Below are positions 52,042-64,000 of a stretch of 64,000 bases of DNA, in pieces. A model generated the notes under the pieces. The model did no database searches. It was not told the origin of the DNA and saw only the letters and a list, made by a program, of their open reading frames with translations. The stretch is taken from the NCBI RefSeq assembly GCF_006345805.1, contig NC_043002.1, positions 26,784,001 to 26,848,000 of the forward strand. Direction: 5' to 3'. Position 1 is the stretch's first letter. The number at the start of each line of letters is the position of its first letter. The stretch comes from Octopus sinensis. Its lineage: Eukaryota. The position numbers and the translations under genes are program-made.

Positions 52042-52850
52042 CTAAGTATTTCATTTATTTTCCTTTTGTGTTCCTCGCTGATGAAGGAAGAATCCTTTTT
52101 GGATTAAACCAGGAATCGGAACCGATTCGGGGATAACTATGTTTTTATAAAATTCTGTTAGCTTGCTTTCTGCGTTTCGTCACGTGGTGTAATAATATAA
52201 GTGAGAATATGTTAAGTAATTAGTTGATTCAGCGCCTATTTTTCAGCTTATTGACAAAGAAAAAGTCTTTTTTTTTTTACTTTATTTGTAATTGTATTTA
52301 TAATTTTCACCTTAAAAGGTATTTTTCATTTGCTGGCCACTGATAAGCTTTCTAAATAAAATTTTATCCTTATATTAGAAGAAAATTAATTTCCATTCAC
52401 TTCGAGGCTGGTTAACCACTTGTGTACGTTTCCTGACCGACTACACTGGTGTCGAGGCTTGCTACAAAATTTCTATTTGGATATATTTGCGGTACTTAAA
52501 TGTATACATGTCTTTGCATCTGCTTTTCCGTGGGTATGTCTAAGTATTTCATTTATGTTCATTTTCTGTTCCTCGTGGATGAAAGAAGAATCCTTTGGGG
52601 ATTACTTCAGAATTCGGAACCGATTCGGGGATAAATAAATTTTAATGAATTTCTGTTAGTTTGATTTTCCTTGTTTAGGATCGTGGTGTAATAATATAAC
52701 TGAAATATTTTATGTGGTTAGACGATTTAGCGTAAAGTTTTCAGCATATTGACAAATAATTTTTTTTCTTTTTGACCATGTTTATAATCGTATTTATAGT
52801 TTTCATATTTACAGGTATTTTTGATATGCTGGCCACTGATAAACTTTATT
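52042..52850 (+). repeat. diverged 498-bp-period tandem repeat with decayed hammerhead-like motifs (PLE terminal-repeat-like)
   Basis: CTAAGTATTTCATTTAT, CGGAACCGATTCGGGGATAA, CGTGGTGTAATAATATAA and TGCTGGCCACTGATAA each occur twice. Confidence 0.8.
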
Positions 52851-55800
52851 CCTTCTAGGCTAGTGGCGTACATTGGCTGGTAATATGCCATACGGTTTCA
52901 CCGTTTTTTCCACAGATTCTGCACTTATCACTTTCTACTGTGTTGTCTATTCTGTATTTTATGTAGTTTCTTCTTTGTGCTTGCCTTTGGGCAGCACAGA
53001 TTAGAACCTCCGTTTCCGGTTTTAAATCACTTCTAGACATCCACAGCCATCATTTTTCTCTGTCTGTATTATCTTCAACATCCCTATGAAATTAATTGAC
53101 CATGCATTCTTTTCTTTAACCACGTATTTTCAGTTTCATTCGTTTTCAATTTGTTGTATAGTGTTTTATCTTTGCAATCTTTCATCCTACACATGCCTGA
53201 CCTTCCTACTTCTAATAATAGCGGTTCTGTAGTATTGATTACATACCATGCTATGTTGTTTTCTTCTGCTCGCATCAATTATGTCCTCTTCCCCCTCTTT
53301 TATTGGTACATACAGTCTGTCTGTGTCACTTTTTGGGTGGAGTGACCCATATCTAGTTAGCAACTTCCTTGTCTTTCTGTCTGAGCAGTTTAGTTCGTCT
53401 GCTGCCCATGCGATTACCCCTGCTCCATATCTAAGGTGTAAAAACACCCAGCTATTGATAGCTTCGCTCTTATTCCGTCCGTTTAATTTCGACTTAAGGA
53501 TCAGTCTCAAACTGCTGAATTATTTCACCTAAATTTTTTCTGTCATTTCTTTCTCCATTAATTTATCCATTTCCAAAATCTCCAAGTACATGTAGCCCGT
53601 CTCTTATATCTGTTTCATAACCTCCCCCGACGGTATCGTTAGCCCGTTCATGCATTTGAGTTTGCCTCTCTTCAAGACTAATATACCACACTTTTCCAAT
53701 CTGAACTCCATTCTGATATCACCACTGAAGGTATACAACGTATCAACGAGGAAACTGACTTGGGTTTCATCTGTACCATAAAGTTTGAGGTCATCCATGA
53801 ATAACAAATGGTTACTTTTGTTGGTGGACTTTGAATACATACCCAGCTTTTGCCTTTCTCAGAATCAGTGTTAGTGGTATCAAGCACAGTACAAAGATCA
53901 GCGGGGACAAGCAGTCCCCTTGGAAGATGCCCCTCCTAATTTCTACTGTCCCTAAACTTCTTCGGTATGCTGTCAGGTCCGTCCGCCAATTCGCCATACT
54001 TTTTCCAAGCAATCGCTCAAGATTCGATGCAATACCAAGTAGGTTCATACACTTCATAATCCAGGAATGTGGGACCATATCGTACGCCTTATAATAGTCG
54101 ATCCATGACATGGCTAAGTTACATTTACTCCTCTTGCAGTCTCTAAGTCCAGTTTTATCTATCAGATATTGATCCCTGGCACCTCTGCACTTACGCTTGC
54201 AACCCTTCTGCTCATGTGGCAGTGCTCCATATTTTCCAGGTGTTTGTACATTGACTCTGCAAGTATTCCTGTCAATAACTTCCACATAAGTGGCAAAGAG
54301 GATAAGGGCCTGTAATTGTCTACCGTATTGGCTTTTTCGATGTTTTTCAGGCACAGCACTGTCCTATCCAATGTCAACCACTCTGGTGTTACTTGGTCGG
54401 CATTTAACAAGGTGCTGAGTTGCGCAGCTATACGTGCATGACATACACTAAATCTTTTGATCCAGTAGCCTTCAACTCCATCTGGGCACGGGGCCTACCA
54501 GTTCCTCATGTTTTTGCTGAGTTCCTTCACTTCCCTAACTGAAGTGAGTAGTTCTGCCTGTTTTGGCAAGACTACTGTTTATTTCAGTTCTTACAACCAT
54601 TCAGCATCCTTCTTCTGCTCCTTGTCTTTGCTCCAGATGTCACTCTAAAACATTTGACTTTCAATGTTATCTAGTATCAACTTTTCATCTGTACATCCCC
54701 CATTTATTTCTATATAGAATATCTTCTAATCTACTCTGAATAACCTATTCAGGTGGTAACCCTTCATTCTTTCGTCGTATCTTACCATCTTTGCTTTCTT
54801 TGCAACGAGGCTGTGTTTCAGTTCCTCCACTACTACTTTCAGGCCGTTTCTTTCATTATTATTCTTCCTTTCCAGCTCCCTGTATTTTTGTTCACTTTTA
54901 AGCCCCCCTTTCTCTTTTCGGTCTAACACAGAGATTTCCTTCGAGAGCATGTTTAACCTTTCCTGGATTCTTCTTTTTCACCGTGGATCTTTTCTCTCAT
55001 CACTCTCATTATGTTTCTTTTTCTTGACATCAACTCCCACATTTTCTGCTACAAAAACACTTGCTGCCTTGATCAAATTATTGGTTTCTGTGATGTTTGT
55101 TTTGATGAATTTCAGAATTTCGTTGACATTTTTCGTTTCTTGTTTCAATTTCCATCGATCAACATTTTTAAGGTTGCCAATAATGTCGCTATCGTTCTCC
55201 TGTAGTCTTGCCTTTATTCTGTCGTAGATTGCCTTTTGTTCAACTGTCATGTCGCAATTAGTTTTATTGTCTTCTTTTAGATCATCTATATGTCTCTCAT
55301 CAAATAAACTACCACGGTTCTTTTCCGGCGCTATGAGATTGTTCTTAAAATTAAGAACTGTAATTTCATTCTTATCTATGGTGTTATTTTCCATGACCCG
55401 TCTTTTGATAGCTTCGAATTCTACTTCTTTGAAGCAACATTTTTTTCTTATTGCTCTATCTGTATCGTATAGTCTCTGTTCCGTGAGTTGAGACAATCCC
55501 TTTTCTCCCCAATGATCATACATACGTTGTCGGTAACCCCTAATTTGAGCACCATTTTCATCTACCGAGTTGCTCAGGTGGTAACACTCCATGATCACAG
55601 CATTAATTTGCATCAACGCCGTGTGTGGTGATCCGTTTCTGGATATCGACAGGCTAGAGCCAGACAAGAACCTCTGAGCCTACTGGGTGTAACACAGTCA
55701 CCTTCATTGGCTTCAGTTCCATTACCACCGTTATTCACAATATTTTGTTTTTTCATTGTGACTCATATGAGGTAGCGATATCAGGTTGCGCAATTACCAG

Positions 55801-55870
55801 TGTTTTTATTGTGACACGATCACTAGGTGTATCATTAATCAGCCCATGAGGAGGCTCCACCCGTTTCCTT
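52851..55870 (-). mobile_element. R4/Dong-clade RLE retrotransposon, apparently 5'-complete, 3'-truncated after the CCHC motif; degraded
   Basis: IMECYHLS...GYRQRM...[58 protein letters not shown]...HITSQC; 5' junction abuts (TAA)n. Confidence 0.93.
55790..55870 (-). ncRNA. partial HDV-like ribozyme motif at the element's 5' end
   Basis: P3/L3-like GCC-UCCUCAUG-GGC (55842-55855), putative P1 3' strand UGAUUAAU, ACAC/GUGU hairpin; P2 unresolved. Confidence 0.35.
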
Positions 55871-55904
55871 TTATTATTATTATTACTACTACTACTACTA
55901 CTAC

Positions 55905-55952
<48 letters not shown>

Positions 55953-56566
55953 CATTATTATTATTATTACTATCATCAACATCATCATCATCATCATCAC
56001 TGATATTATTGCTTTTATGTGTATTAGCAAAAGTGGTTGCAGCAACTCCAACAGTAGCAGTGGTGAGGGTAGTGGTAAGAGTGGTAGTTGGGCCTCAGAT
56101 TCCTGTGCTATCAAAATAGTAGTAGCTGTAGTATTATTGTAGCATTAGTAGTATTTAGTATCAGCAGCTGCAGCATATTTTTGTTTTTATTTTTATCATT
56201 ATCACCATCACCACCACTATCATTGTTATCGTTATTACTAAATGTTTTTTACTTTCAACTTTTGTATTGTACTTGAGATCATACATATGTAGTTGTTGTA
56301 GGAAATAATTGGGCATCAGATTGGTGAATAGATCATAATCTACAGGTCTATAAATAGATTCGGCAGATGCTGGGGAGGTCAGCCTTAGAGACCAAAAAAT
56401 ATTCGCACCCTTTGGGTTAGCAGAGGTCAGATGTTTTTACTATTGCCAGTGGCCACTGAGAGAGAGCTCTGCCTTGAAAAGAAGCAATTCAACATGTTCT
56501 ATTTGTAATTACCGGCAGAAACAAAACAACAATAACAATACACACAAACACACACATATATGCATA

Positions 56567-56617
<51 letters not shown>

Positions 56618-56773
56618 CGCACACATATATACTGACATTCAAGTCGTTGAATTTTTGAATTTCGGAATTCAATTGTGTTGTTGCAATAAAAGGTGTGTTT
56701 GGGTAATATATTAAAGTTTTAAAATTTTCTCGAGATGTTCGTTTGTTTGTCCACTTGGATGTTTTTATTGTTA

Positions 56774-56805
<32 letters not shown>

Positions 56806-56808
<3 letters not shown>

Positions 56809-59059
56809 TAGTTTTATTTTTATAGCGTGCTTTCACTTCACTACCGAGCACAGTTCTATGTGCCTTGGGTATGTGCTGTGATTTGTTGTGATGCTCTGAT
56901 GGTTATTGTATGGAAAGTGTTCTGCGTAGGATGTGTGCAGTGCCTAGCAGTGCAATTCTCTGTATGTTATACGTGTTTGTAAGTCCTGGTGTTTTTGTTA
57001 TGTATTTGTCTGAATATTTTTTTATCATGCCTAATGCACCTACTATGATAGGAATTGTTTCTGTTTTCAGATTCCACATTCAAGTTATCTCTATTTCTAG
57101 GTCTTTGTATTTTGAGAGTTTCTCCATTTCTTTTAGATACACGTTGTCATCAGCCGGTATTGATACATCAATTAGAAAGCATTTTTTTTCTTCATGATCT
57201 CTGACAACTATATCTGGTCTGTTGGCCTTAATTTCTCTATCTGTGTGTATCGGCATATCCCAGAGTATGGTTGCTTTCTCGTTTTCTGTGACCTTTTCTG
57301 GTGTGTGCCTATACCATCTTTTTTCTGTTGTTATTCCATAATGTTGGCATAGCTTCCAATGTATATAGGTTCCAACTCTGTCATGTCTGTGAATATATTC
57401 CTTCTTAGCCAAGACTGGGCAGCTAGAGATAATATGATTTATTGTTTCTTGTCCATCTCCACATATTCTGCAGTTACTTGTAATATTTCTTTTCATTACA
57501 TGTTTTTGGTAATTTCTGGTGGGGAGGCTTTGGTCTTGTGCTGCAATTAAAAATCCCTCTGTTTCTGCTTTGAGTCCTGAGCTTCTCAACCATTGCTGGG
57601 ATTTTTCTTTGTCTATTTCTTTTGCGTTTAGTTTAGTCCAGTATTTACTATGAAGGGGCTTTTCTTGCCATCGTTTTATCATGGTTCGTTGCTGTTCTAT
57701 TTTTAGTTTGGATTTCATTTGTTTTATAGCTTTTGTTGTTTCTTCATCTTCTTCTTCTTCAAGTTTATTAGGTGGTATGATTTCTTGTTTGTATTTGTCA
57801 GCTTCCTTAAATACTGAGAACAGTTTTTTGTTTTGCTCGTGTTTTGCAGCTATCTGGATCAGTTTTCCTTCCTTCTGAAGTAGATATTTTTGCAGTCCTA
57901 AGGTGGTTATTTTATAGTAGTTTCCCAGCTGTATAAGGCCTCTACCACCTTCTATACGTTGTATATATAGTCTTTCTATGTCAGATTTTGGGTGATGCAT
58001 CCTAGATCCTGTCATTATTTTTCTTGTTTTCCTATCTATTTTGGTCAGTTCATTTCGTGTCCAGTTAAGGATATTGTAGCTGTAACTTATAACTGGGACA
58101 GCTAAAGTGTTGATACCTATTATCTTGTTTTTAGCATTGAGCTTTGTGTTTAGTATTGATCTAACTCGTCTATAATATTCTTTTTTTTATTTTCTCTTTC
58201 ATTTGTGTGTGTTGTGTCTTATCTAGTTCATGGATTCCTAAGTATTTGTAAGTTTGGCTTTGGTCTAATTCTTTTATTTCATTGGTTTTATCTAGTGTGA
58301 TGTTGTTACTCTTAACTAGTTTTCCTCATTTCATGGTTACTTTGGCGCATTTTTCTAATCCAAATTTCATATCTATTTCTTTGGTAAATCCATGAACTGT
58401 CTTTAATAGTGTTTCCAGCTGTTTGTCATTTGCAGCGTATAGTTTTAGGTCATCCATATATAAAAGGTGGCTGATCGTTTTGCCGTAACATTTATATCCG
58501 CATCCAGTTCTATTTAGCATATCAGATAGAGGTGACAGTGCCAAGCAGAAAAGGAGTGGAGAGAGCGTGTCTCCCTGGAATATTCCTCTTCTAATGGGGA
58601 TGTCTTTGGTTTTCATGAGTCCCTCTTTTGTTTGGAGGTGTAGGACTATTTGCCATTTATTCATAGAGTGCTCTATGAATTTTATGATGTTGGTGCTACT
58701 TTGTTAATGGCTAGTGTTTCGAGGATCCATGTGTGGGGGATGCTATCAAACGCCTTTTTGTAGTCAATCCAGGCCATACTGAGGCCTTTCTTCTTTCTGT
58801 GGCTGTCTTCAGTTATGGCTTTATTAATCATTAGTTGATCTTTACAGCCATATGAGCCTTTGCGGCATCCTTTCTGCTCTTCTGGGAACAGTTTGTTTTC
58901 GTCCAGGTGCTTGTTCAGCCTTTGTGATATCACTGCAGTAAATGCCTTGAACATAGTAGGGAGGCAGGTTATTGGTCTGTAGTTTTCTGTTTTTTCTGTT
59001 TCATTTGATTTGGGAATTAAGATGGTTTTCCCCTTCGTTAGCCATTCAGGCATTGTCTC
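56806..59059 (-). mobile_element. R4/Dong-clade RLE retrotransposon, 5'-truncated, within (TAA)n
   Basis: NYRPITCLP, WIDYKKAFD, GIFQGDTLSPL, LYMDDLKLY, CRICG...HIISSC, RPDIVV...LIDVSIP...EKLSKY; (TAT)n on both flanks. Confidence 0.95.
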
Positions 59060-59108
<49 letters not shown>

Positions 59109-59149
59109 CATTATCATCATCATCATCATCATTATCATCATCATCATCG

Positions 59150-59221
<72 letters not shown>

Positions 59222-59223
<2 letters not shown>

Positions 59224-59315
59224 ATCAATCAATATAAGGGTAACAAAAAATTTCAAGAAAAAATTTCAAGAAAAAATTTCTTGAAATTTTTTTTTACCCT
59301 TATATTGATTGATTA
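59222..59315. repeat. inverted repeat with ~39-bp arms
   Basis: TAATCAATCAATATAAGGGTAA...TTACCCTTATATTGATTGATTA with an internal AAAAAATTTCAAG duplication. Confidence 0.85.
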
Positions 59316-61013
59316 ATGAATTTTTGACTAATTCTGAAATTTGTATCAGCAGCTTATATTTGCTGCGGAGTAGATGGCGCGATTACGGTGAATTCGAAAA
59401 TTTACGATATATAGACCCGAGGCTTAGATGGTGTAGCCTCGTGTATATATATCTGCCTCCTATTTTGGTGACTTTGCTGACGAGACAAGCCAAGCGTAAA
59501 CTGATTTAATTTAATTTAATTAAATTTGATTGCGTGAAGATGTTGAAACCTTGCAGGGTACAAAGTTTGAAGGGGATAAATGTTTTTTATTTTCCTCTAG
59601 TTTCAGAATTACTACTATTTTTTGCGGTGTTGAGTTTTAGCTGCTCTTTTCAAGTGAGTGAACGACCTTCTCAGGGTCATTCCTTAATATTTTGTTGAAT
59701 GTATTTATATATATATATATATATGTTTGCATGTATTTGTGCATTTCTCTATGTCCCTCTTTCAGTCTCTCTTCCCCTCTCGCTCACACTTTCTTCATAT
59801 AAATATTCTAATATACACATGTGATATATAGGACAGCATATTTAGGTCAAGTTCTATTGAAAGAAACTTTATGCTTTGTTTTATATATTTATTAGGCGTT
59901 CTGCATATTTTCCTATTAATACTTTTCCATTTGTTTGGAAGAATGATGTTCTCAAATTAGACATTCTCATCTCTCTACTTTACGATTCTATCTATCTTCA
60001 GGGCATGTATTATTTTTGTTCTGCGTAATAACATCTTTTATTGTTGGCATTTGTGATATGTATTGGCATTGTACGGGCTTTTTCTTTTAATCTGTTAAAT
60101 CTATTTGTCTATTGTTTCTAAATCGCTTTTGTCAATTGCATCTGCTCTTTGTGCGTATATTTTGTCATCTTGCTATCCTCTGTGTGAAGTTTCTATGATT
60201 GATATTCTGTTTTTAGTGAAGTATCTTTTATTTAGAGTATGAATCCGTTATCAGCTTTAATCTATTTACCTAAGCTTTCGTTTCGTGTAGCTGTGTGTCA
60301 TGCATTGCGATTGATCCGTGGTGATTCCAGAAGACTGTGACGAAAACGTATGCCCAATGTAACAATTGGGATTATAAAGTTTATTACGTTAACATTTGCA
60401 AAGGAAACGATAAATTACACAGGTTATTTTTATGCTTGTTTTAGTTATTCATATTTGCAGTACATTATGCTACGCTTCATTGAAAAGAACAAAAACGTAA
60501 AAGAAACACCGAAAGAGTCCATTAACGGTAACATATCCTTCCATTCTGCCAAGAACAGAATAAATATTTGAAAGCTAAACGCCAAGCTTCAAATTCTGCA
60601 TGTTAGTTCAATATGAATCCTATTGGCCGTCAATATACGCGTGGTTGTTACATATGCCGTGAAAATGTTACTTTCTGAAGATGCCTAGAATTCTTCATGA
60701 TGAACATCGGAAATGTGTTGTTTCAAACGTACAGCAAAAGACATACGAAACTGGGGAAAACAACTTAAGAAAGGAATCAGAACTAGAAAGAAAACTTTCA
60801 TGTTTTCACACACACGAACAACACACGCACCCACCACACACCTTTTATCTTTTACTGGTTTCATTCATTAGACTGGGGTCTTGAGTAATTTTATTTTTAA
60901 GCCTGGCATTTATATCATCGGTATCTTTTGCCGAGAAGTTAAGTTACGTGTACGTAACCAAACCAACACCAGCTGTGTTAAATCGAACTAAAATTATCTA
61001 TATATATATCAAC

Positions 61014-61044
<31 letters not shown>

Positions 61045-61090
61045 TAGACTGTTACCTATTTACTCTCTCAATAAACACTCACATATATAA

Positions 61091-61127
<37 letters not shown>

Positions 61128-61201
61128 CGTGTGTGTGTATACGCATAATATATATACACATATACGCATACATAGACGAGTACATATACACATATACACA
61201 T

Positions 61202-61432
61202 AGGGTGGCGAGCTGGCAGAAACGTTAGCACGCTGGGCGAAATGCGTAGCCGTATTTCGTCTGCCGTTACGTTCTGAGTTCAAATTCCGCCGAGGTCGAC
61301 TTTGCCTTTCATCCTTTCGGGGTCGATAAATTAAGTACCAGTTACGCACTGGGGTCGATGTAATCGACTTAATCCGTGTGTCTGTCCTTGTTTGTCCCCT
61401 CTATGTTTAGCCCCTTGTGGGCAATAAATAAA
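61202..61432 (+). mobile_element. tRNA-derived SINE family B
   Basis: Full-length match to 33448-33687. Confidence 0.92.
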
Positions 61433-63469
61433 TATATACACATATACACATACAAATACACTAACACACACACATGTATCATTTATCCGAAAAAGCTCAC
61501 TTTATGACCGGACATGGCTTTAACTACTGATATACATAGATACATAGATACACACACAAACACACACGTACACACACACATATAGATAGATATAATTAAA
61601 CACACGTAGCATAAATATCAGTGTGTTAAATGAATTCAAGCGTTGGAATAAAGAAAACTTTGGCCGCTGACCCGTAAACGATATTAATGAACCAATAAAA
61701 TAAATTAAAATAGAGTATTTTTTAGGTGAGCTCCAGTGGGATGTAGCTCTTTGAGGGAAATAATTGCACCTAATTATTAAAGTACAAACATCATGGTAAT
61801 TTGAATAATAAAATGATAATTTCGTAAGAGGAAAATTGAATAGGATTGAATAAATAAATTATTGAATGACCCTTTTGAATAAACTTTATTGAATAATTTT
61901 AATAATGTAGGGTCGTAACATAATTAATAAACAGATTCAATACGCACAATAACAACAAATTTCTGTCTGGATATGCATCTAAAATATTATTTAAAGAAAA
62001 TTGGTAATTAAAATTGAAAACAATTGAAAAAATGTAAACAAAATATAAACTAAATGAAAAACTAACGGATAAAATTTATGGATAAAATTTAGTATAGTTG
62101 TACGGAAAAACGGGGGTATGCGTTCGAAACTATCGCAAATTAAAAGAGCTTACGAAAAGTCGAAGGTTTTTTGTTTTATTTTAATTTTTTACTGTGTATG
62201 TTTGAATAGAGGAGATTTACTACGTAAAAGTGGGCAATGCCGGAATCAAAGTTCTGATATCCATAGATGATAGTTTGGCATTTCACAAAGTATTTATTAG
62301 CGTGCCTACAATGGCTCAAGAGCTCTGCCTTCTGGTTTAGAGCATGTTTCGGAAGGAACACACACACACACATGTAGGTGTTTTGAGATTGGTACAATTA
62401 ACTTAACGAAATCTAGCAAAGACTGATATCCACCCATTGAAAGCAAGGGCGTATTAGGTCCAGAGATAACTGACACCACGGACATTTTAGATTCATCGCA
62501 CATTTCACAGTTAGAATTTATTCTTTGTATTATTTTATATTAGTACTAGAATTCCATTAAATGAATTACATCAATTATATGTAAGACATTACATCAATTA
62601 CATACGTTTCGATCGAAACAGATAGACGTAATTATTTATCTTATTATTTCTACTTTAGTTGATATCTCTCAATTCGATTTTGCAGATATACAATGGTGAC
62701 ATTTTATGCTTTCCCCATGGATAGTAACATCATAATTGAAGTGAAATATCTACAAAAACATATGAGAAACGAAATATGAACTGAATTGCCTTCTATTTCA
62801 GCGTTTAAAGCAAGCCAATTTTCAATCCATTGTCATCATCATTAATAATATGATTAATATGACTGAAGTCATCATCATTAATAATACCTACAACTATATT
62901 CCTCATCAATCTTTATCATTGCTTCCGTTGGGGTCTTAGACGTTGGCGCCATCATTACCATCGTCATCATCTTCACCACCATCACTACCATCATAGTCAC
63001 AATTAACATTAACAATATCATCATTATCACCATCATCTATTTCATCAACATCATCATCATCATCATCATTATATCCATCATCACCATCGCCAATGCCATA
63101 ATCATCAAGGTCGTCGCTGTCACCATGTTTCTTATACACAACATCAGTATCAGATCTGTTTTATCGTGGTTATATTCCCTAGTATCGTTAATCGCTACAT
63201 CATTATTTCAGCACAGGAGATCGATATCAGGACGAATATATTCTCTCCTTTGTCCGAATTATGATTTATATTCAGACATGAAATGTTCGATGATAGTTCG
63301 TAATTTGATTATTTTATTTGTTTGATACGTAGGAGTATTTGTGTGAGAATGGGAGGGGGAGACAGAAAGAAAGAAAGAAAGATGGAGAGTGAGAGAGAGA
63401 GAGAGAGAAAAGAGAGAATATGAAAACCTGTGCGTGTGTGTGTATATATATGTATAAATGTGTGAGTGT

Positions 63470-64000
63470 GCTCATCCCACAAATAATGCGGTTTTTATAC
63501 TTCTTTTATTTTTCAAAATTAAGACAAAGTTCTTCAGTCTAAGATATATTCCCTTCATTTACTACAATGTTCTTCCTTCTATCTGGTAGTCTTGCAAGGC
63601 CCCTCTTCCAAAATTCACTTGTCCATAACGAAAACTACTCTTCTACTACTGTTCTGAACTCGTCTACGGAATTCATATTGTTCCCGTCCAAATGATTTTG
63701 AAGGCAGTGAAATAAATGATAATGAGATGAGGGAATGTCCGGCGAATATGGTGGCGGGGCATCGTTTCCCATTCTAACTGCTCCAGTCTTTGGAATGTCG
63801 CTGTATGTGGCCGAGACTTATCCTGATGAAAGAACACCTTGCGTTTTGAAACGAAAGATGGTCGTATTTCTTTTAGCGCTGATGACAATGAATGATTGAA
63901 TGACCAAATCCAAGATTCTCAGCTAGATCTTCAATAGTTAGGATGGGATTTTGTTCCACCAGTATTTGTAGGACATCCTCACGGAGCTTTACAGAGCATC
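63470..64000 (-). mobile_element. mariner (DD34D) relic, internally deleted, running off the window end
   Basis: LVEQNPILTIEDLAENLG joined to KRKVFFHQDKSRPHTA...LEWETMP; 3' TIR remnant near 63470-63495. Confidence 0.85.

Noticed and set aside
1016-61349. Many 60-160 aa ORFs rich in IY, CV, HT, L, F, I, N or S runs
   Set aside because: They are translations of di-, tri- and tetranucleotide microsatellites, not genes.
62606-62619. Perfect 14-bp palindrome GTTTCGATCGAAAC
   Set aside because: Short and isolated; lacks the CUGANGA box needed for a hammerhead.
62936-63139. Asp-rich 67-aa ORF resembling an acidic biomineral protein
   Set aside because: Explained by a degenerate (ATC)n/(GAT)n microsatellite; no signal peptide.
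63817-63860. CTGATGA-A-AGAAC...GTTTT-GAAAC hammerhead-like string
   Set aside because: It is the antisense of the mariner KRKVFFHQD coding motif and lacks an NUH cleavage triplet, so it is coincidental.

Overview
AT-rich eukaryotic genomic DNA packed with microsatellites and transposons, with one 100-N assembly gap. I infer a cephalopod (octopus-like) origin from the SINE families and the microsatellite density. I could not confidently identify any host protein-coding gene, rRNA, true tRNA or CRISPR array, and most ORFs in the supplied track are microsatellite artefacts. Supported content: (1) a nearly intact CR1-clade LINE ORF2 (6354-9265); (2) two fragments of a second CR1/L2-group LINE, one retaining a 3' tail shared with a SINE family; (3) three R4/Dong-clade RLE retrotransposon copies lying at (TAA)n tracts; (4) Penelope-like (PLE) RT and GIY-YIG relics; (5) several Tc1/mariner relics (maT/DD37D and mariner/DD34D) and MITEs; (6) about a dozen tRNA-headed SINE copies from at least three families. 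The most notable signals are RNA-level. A 2.5-copy tandem array of ~540-550 bp units (14983-16344) carries a type I hammerhead ribozyme fold in each complete unit and is rich in hairpins (retrozyme-like). Further hammerhead motifs occur at 11034-11071, 14342-14382 and, degenerate, at 52072/52570. A partial HDV-like ribozyme motif sits at the 5' junction of a Dong element, where its P1 strand may pair with the (TAA)n target. All RNA folds were assigned by eye, not computed.
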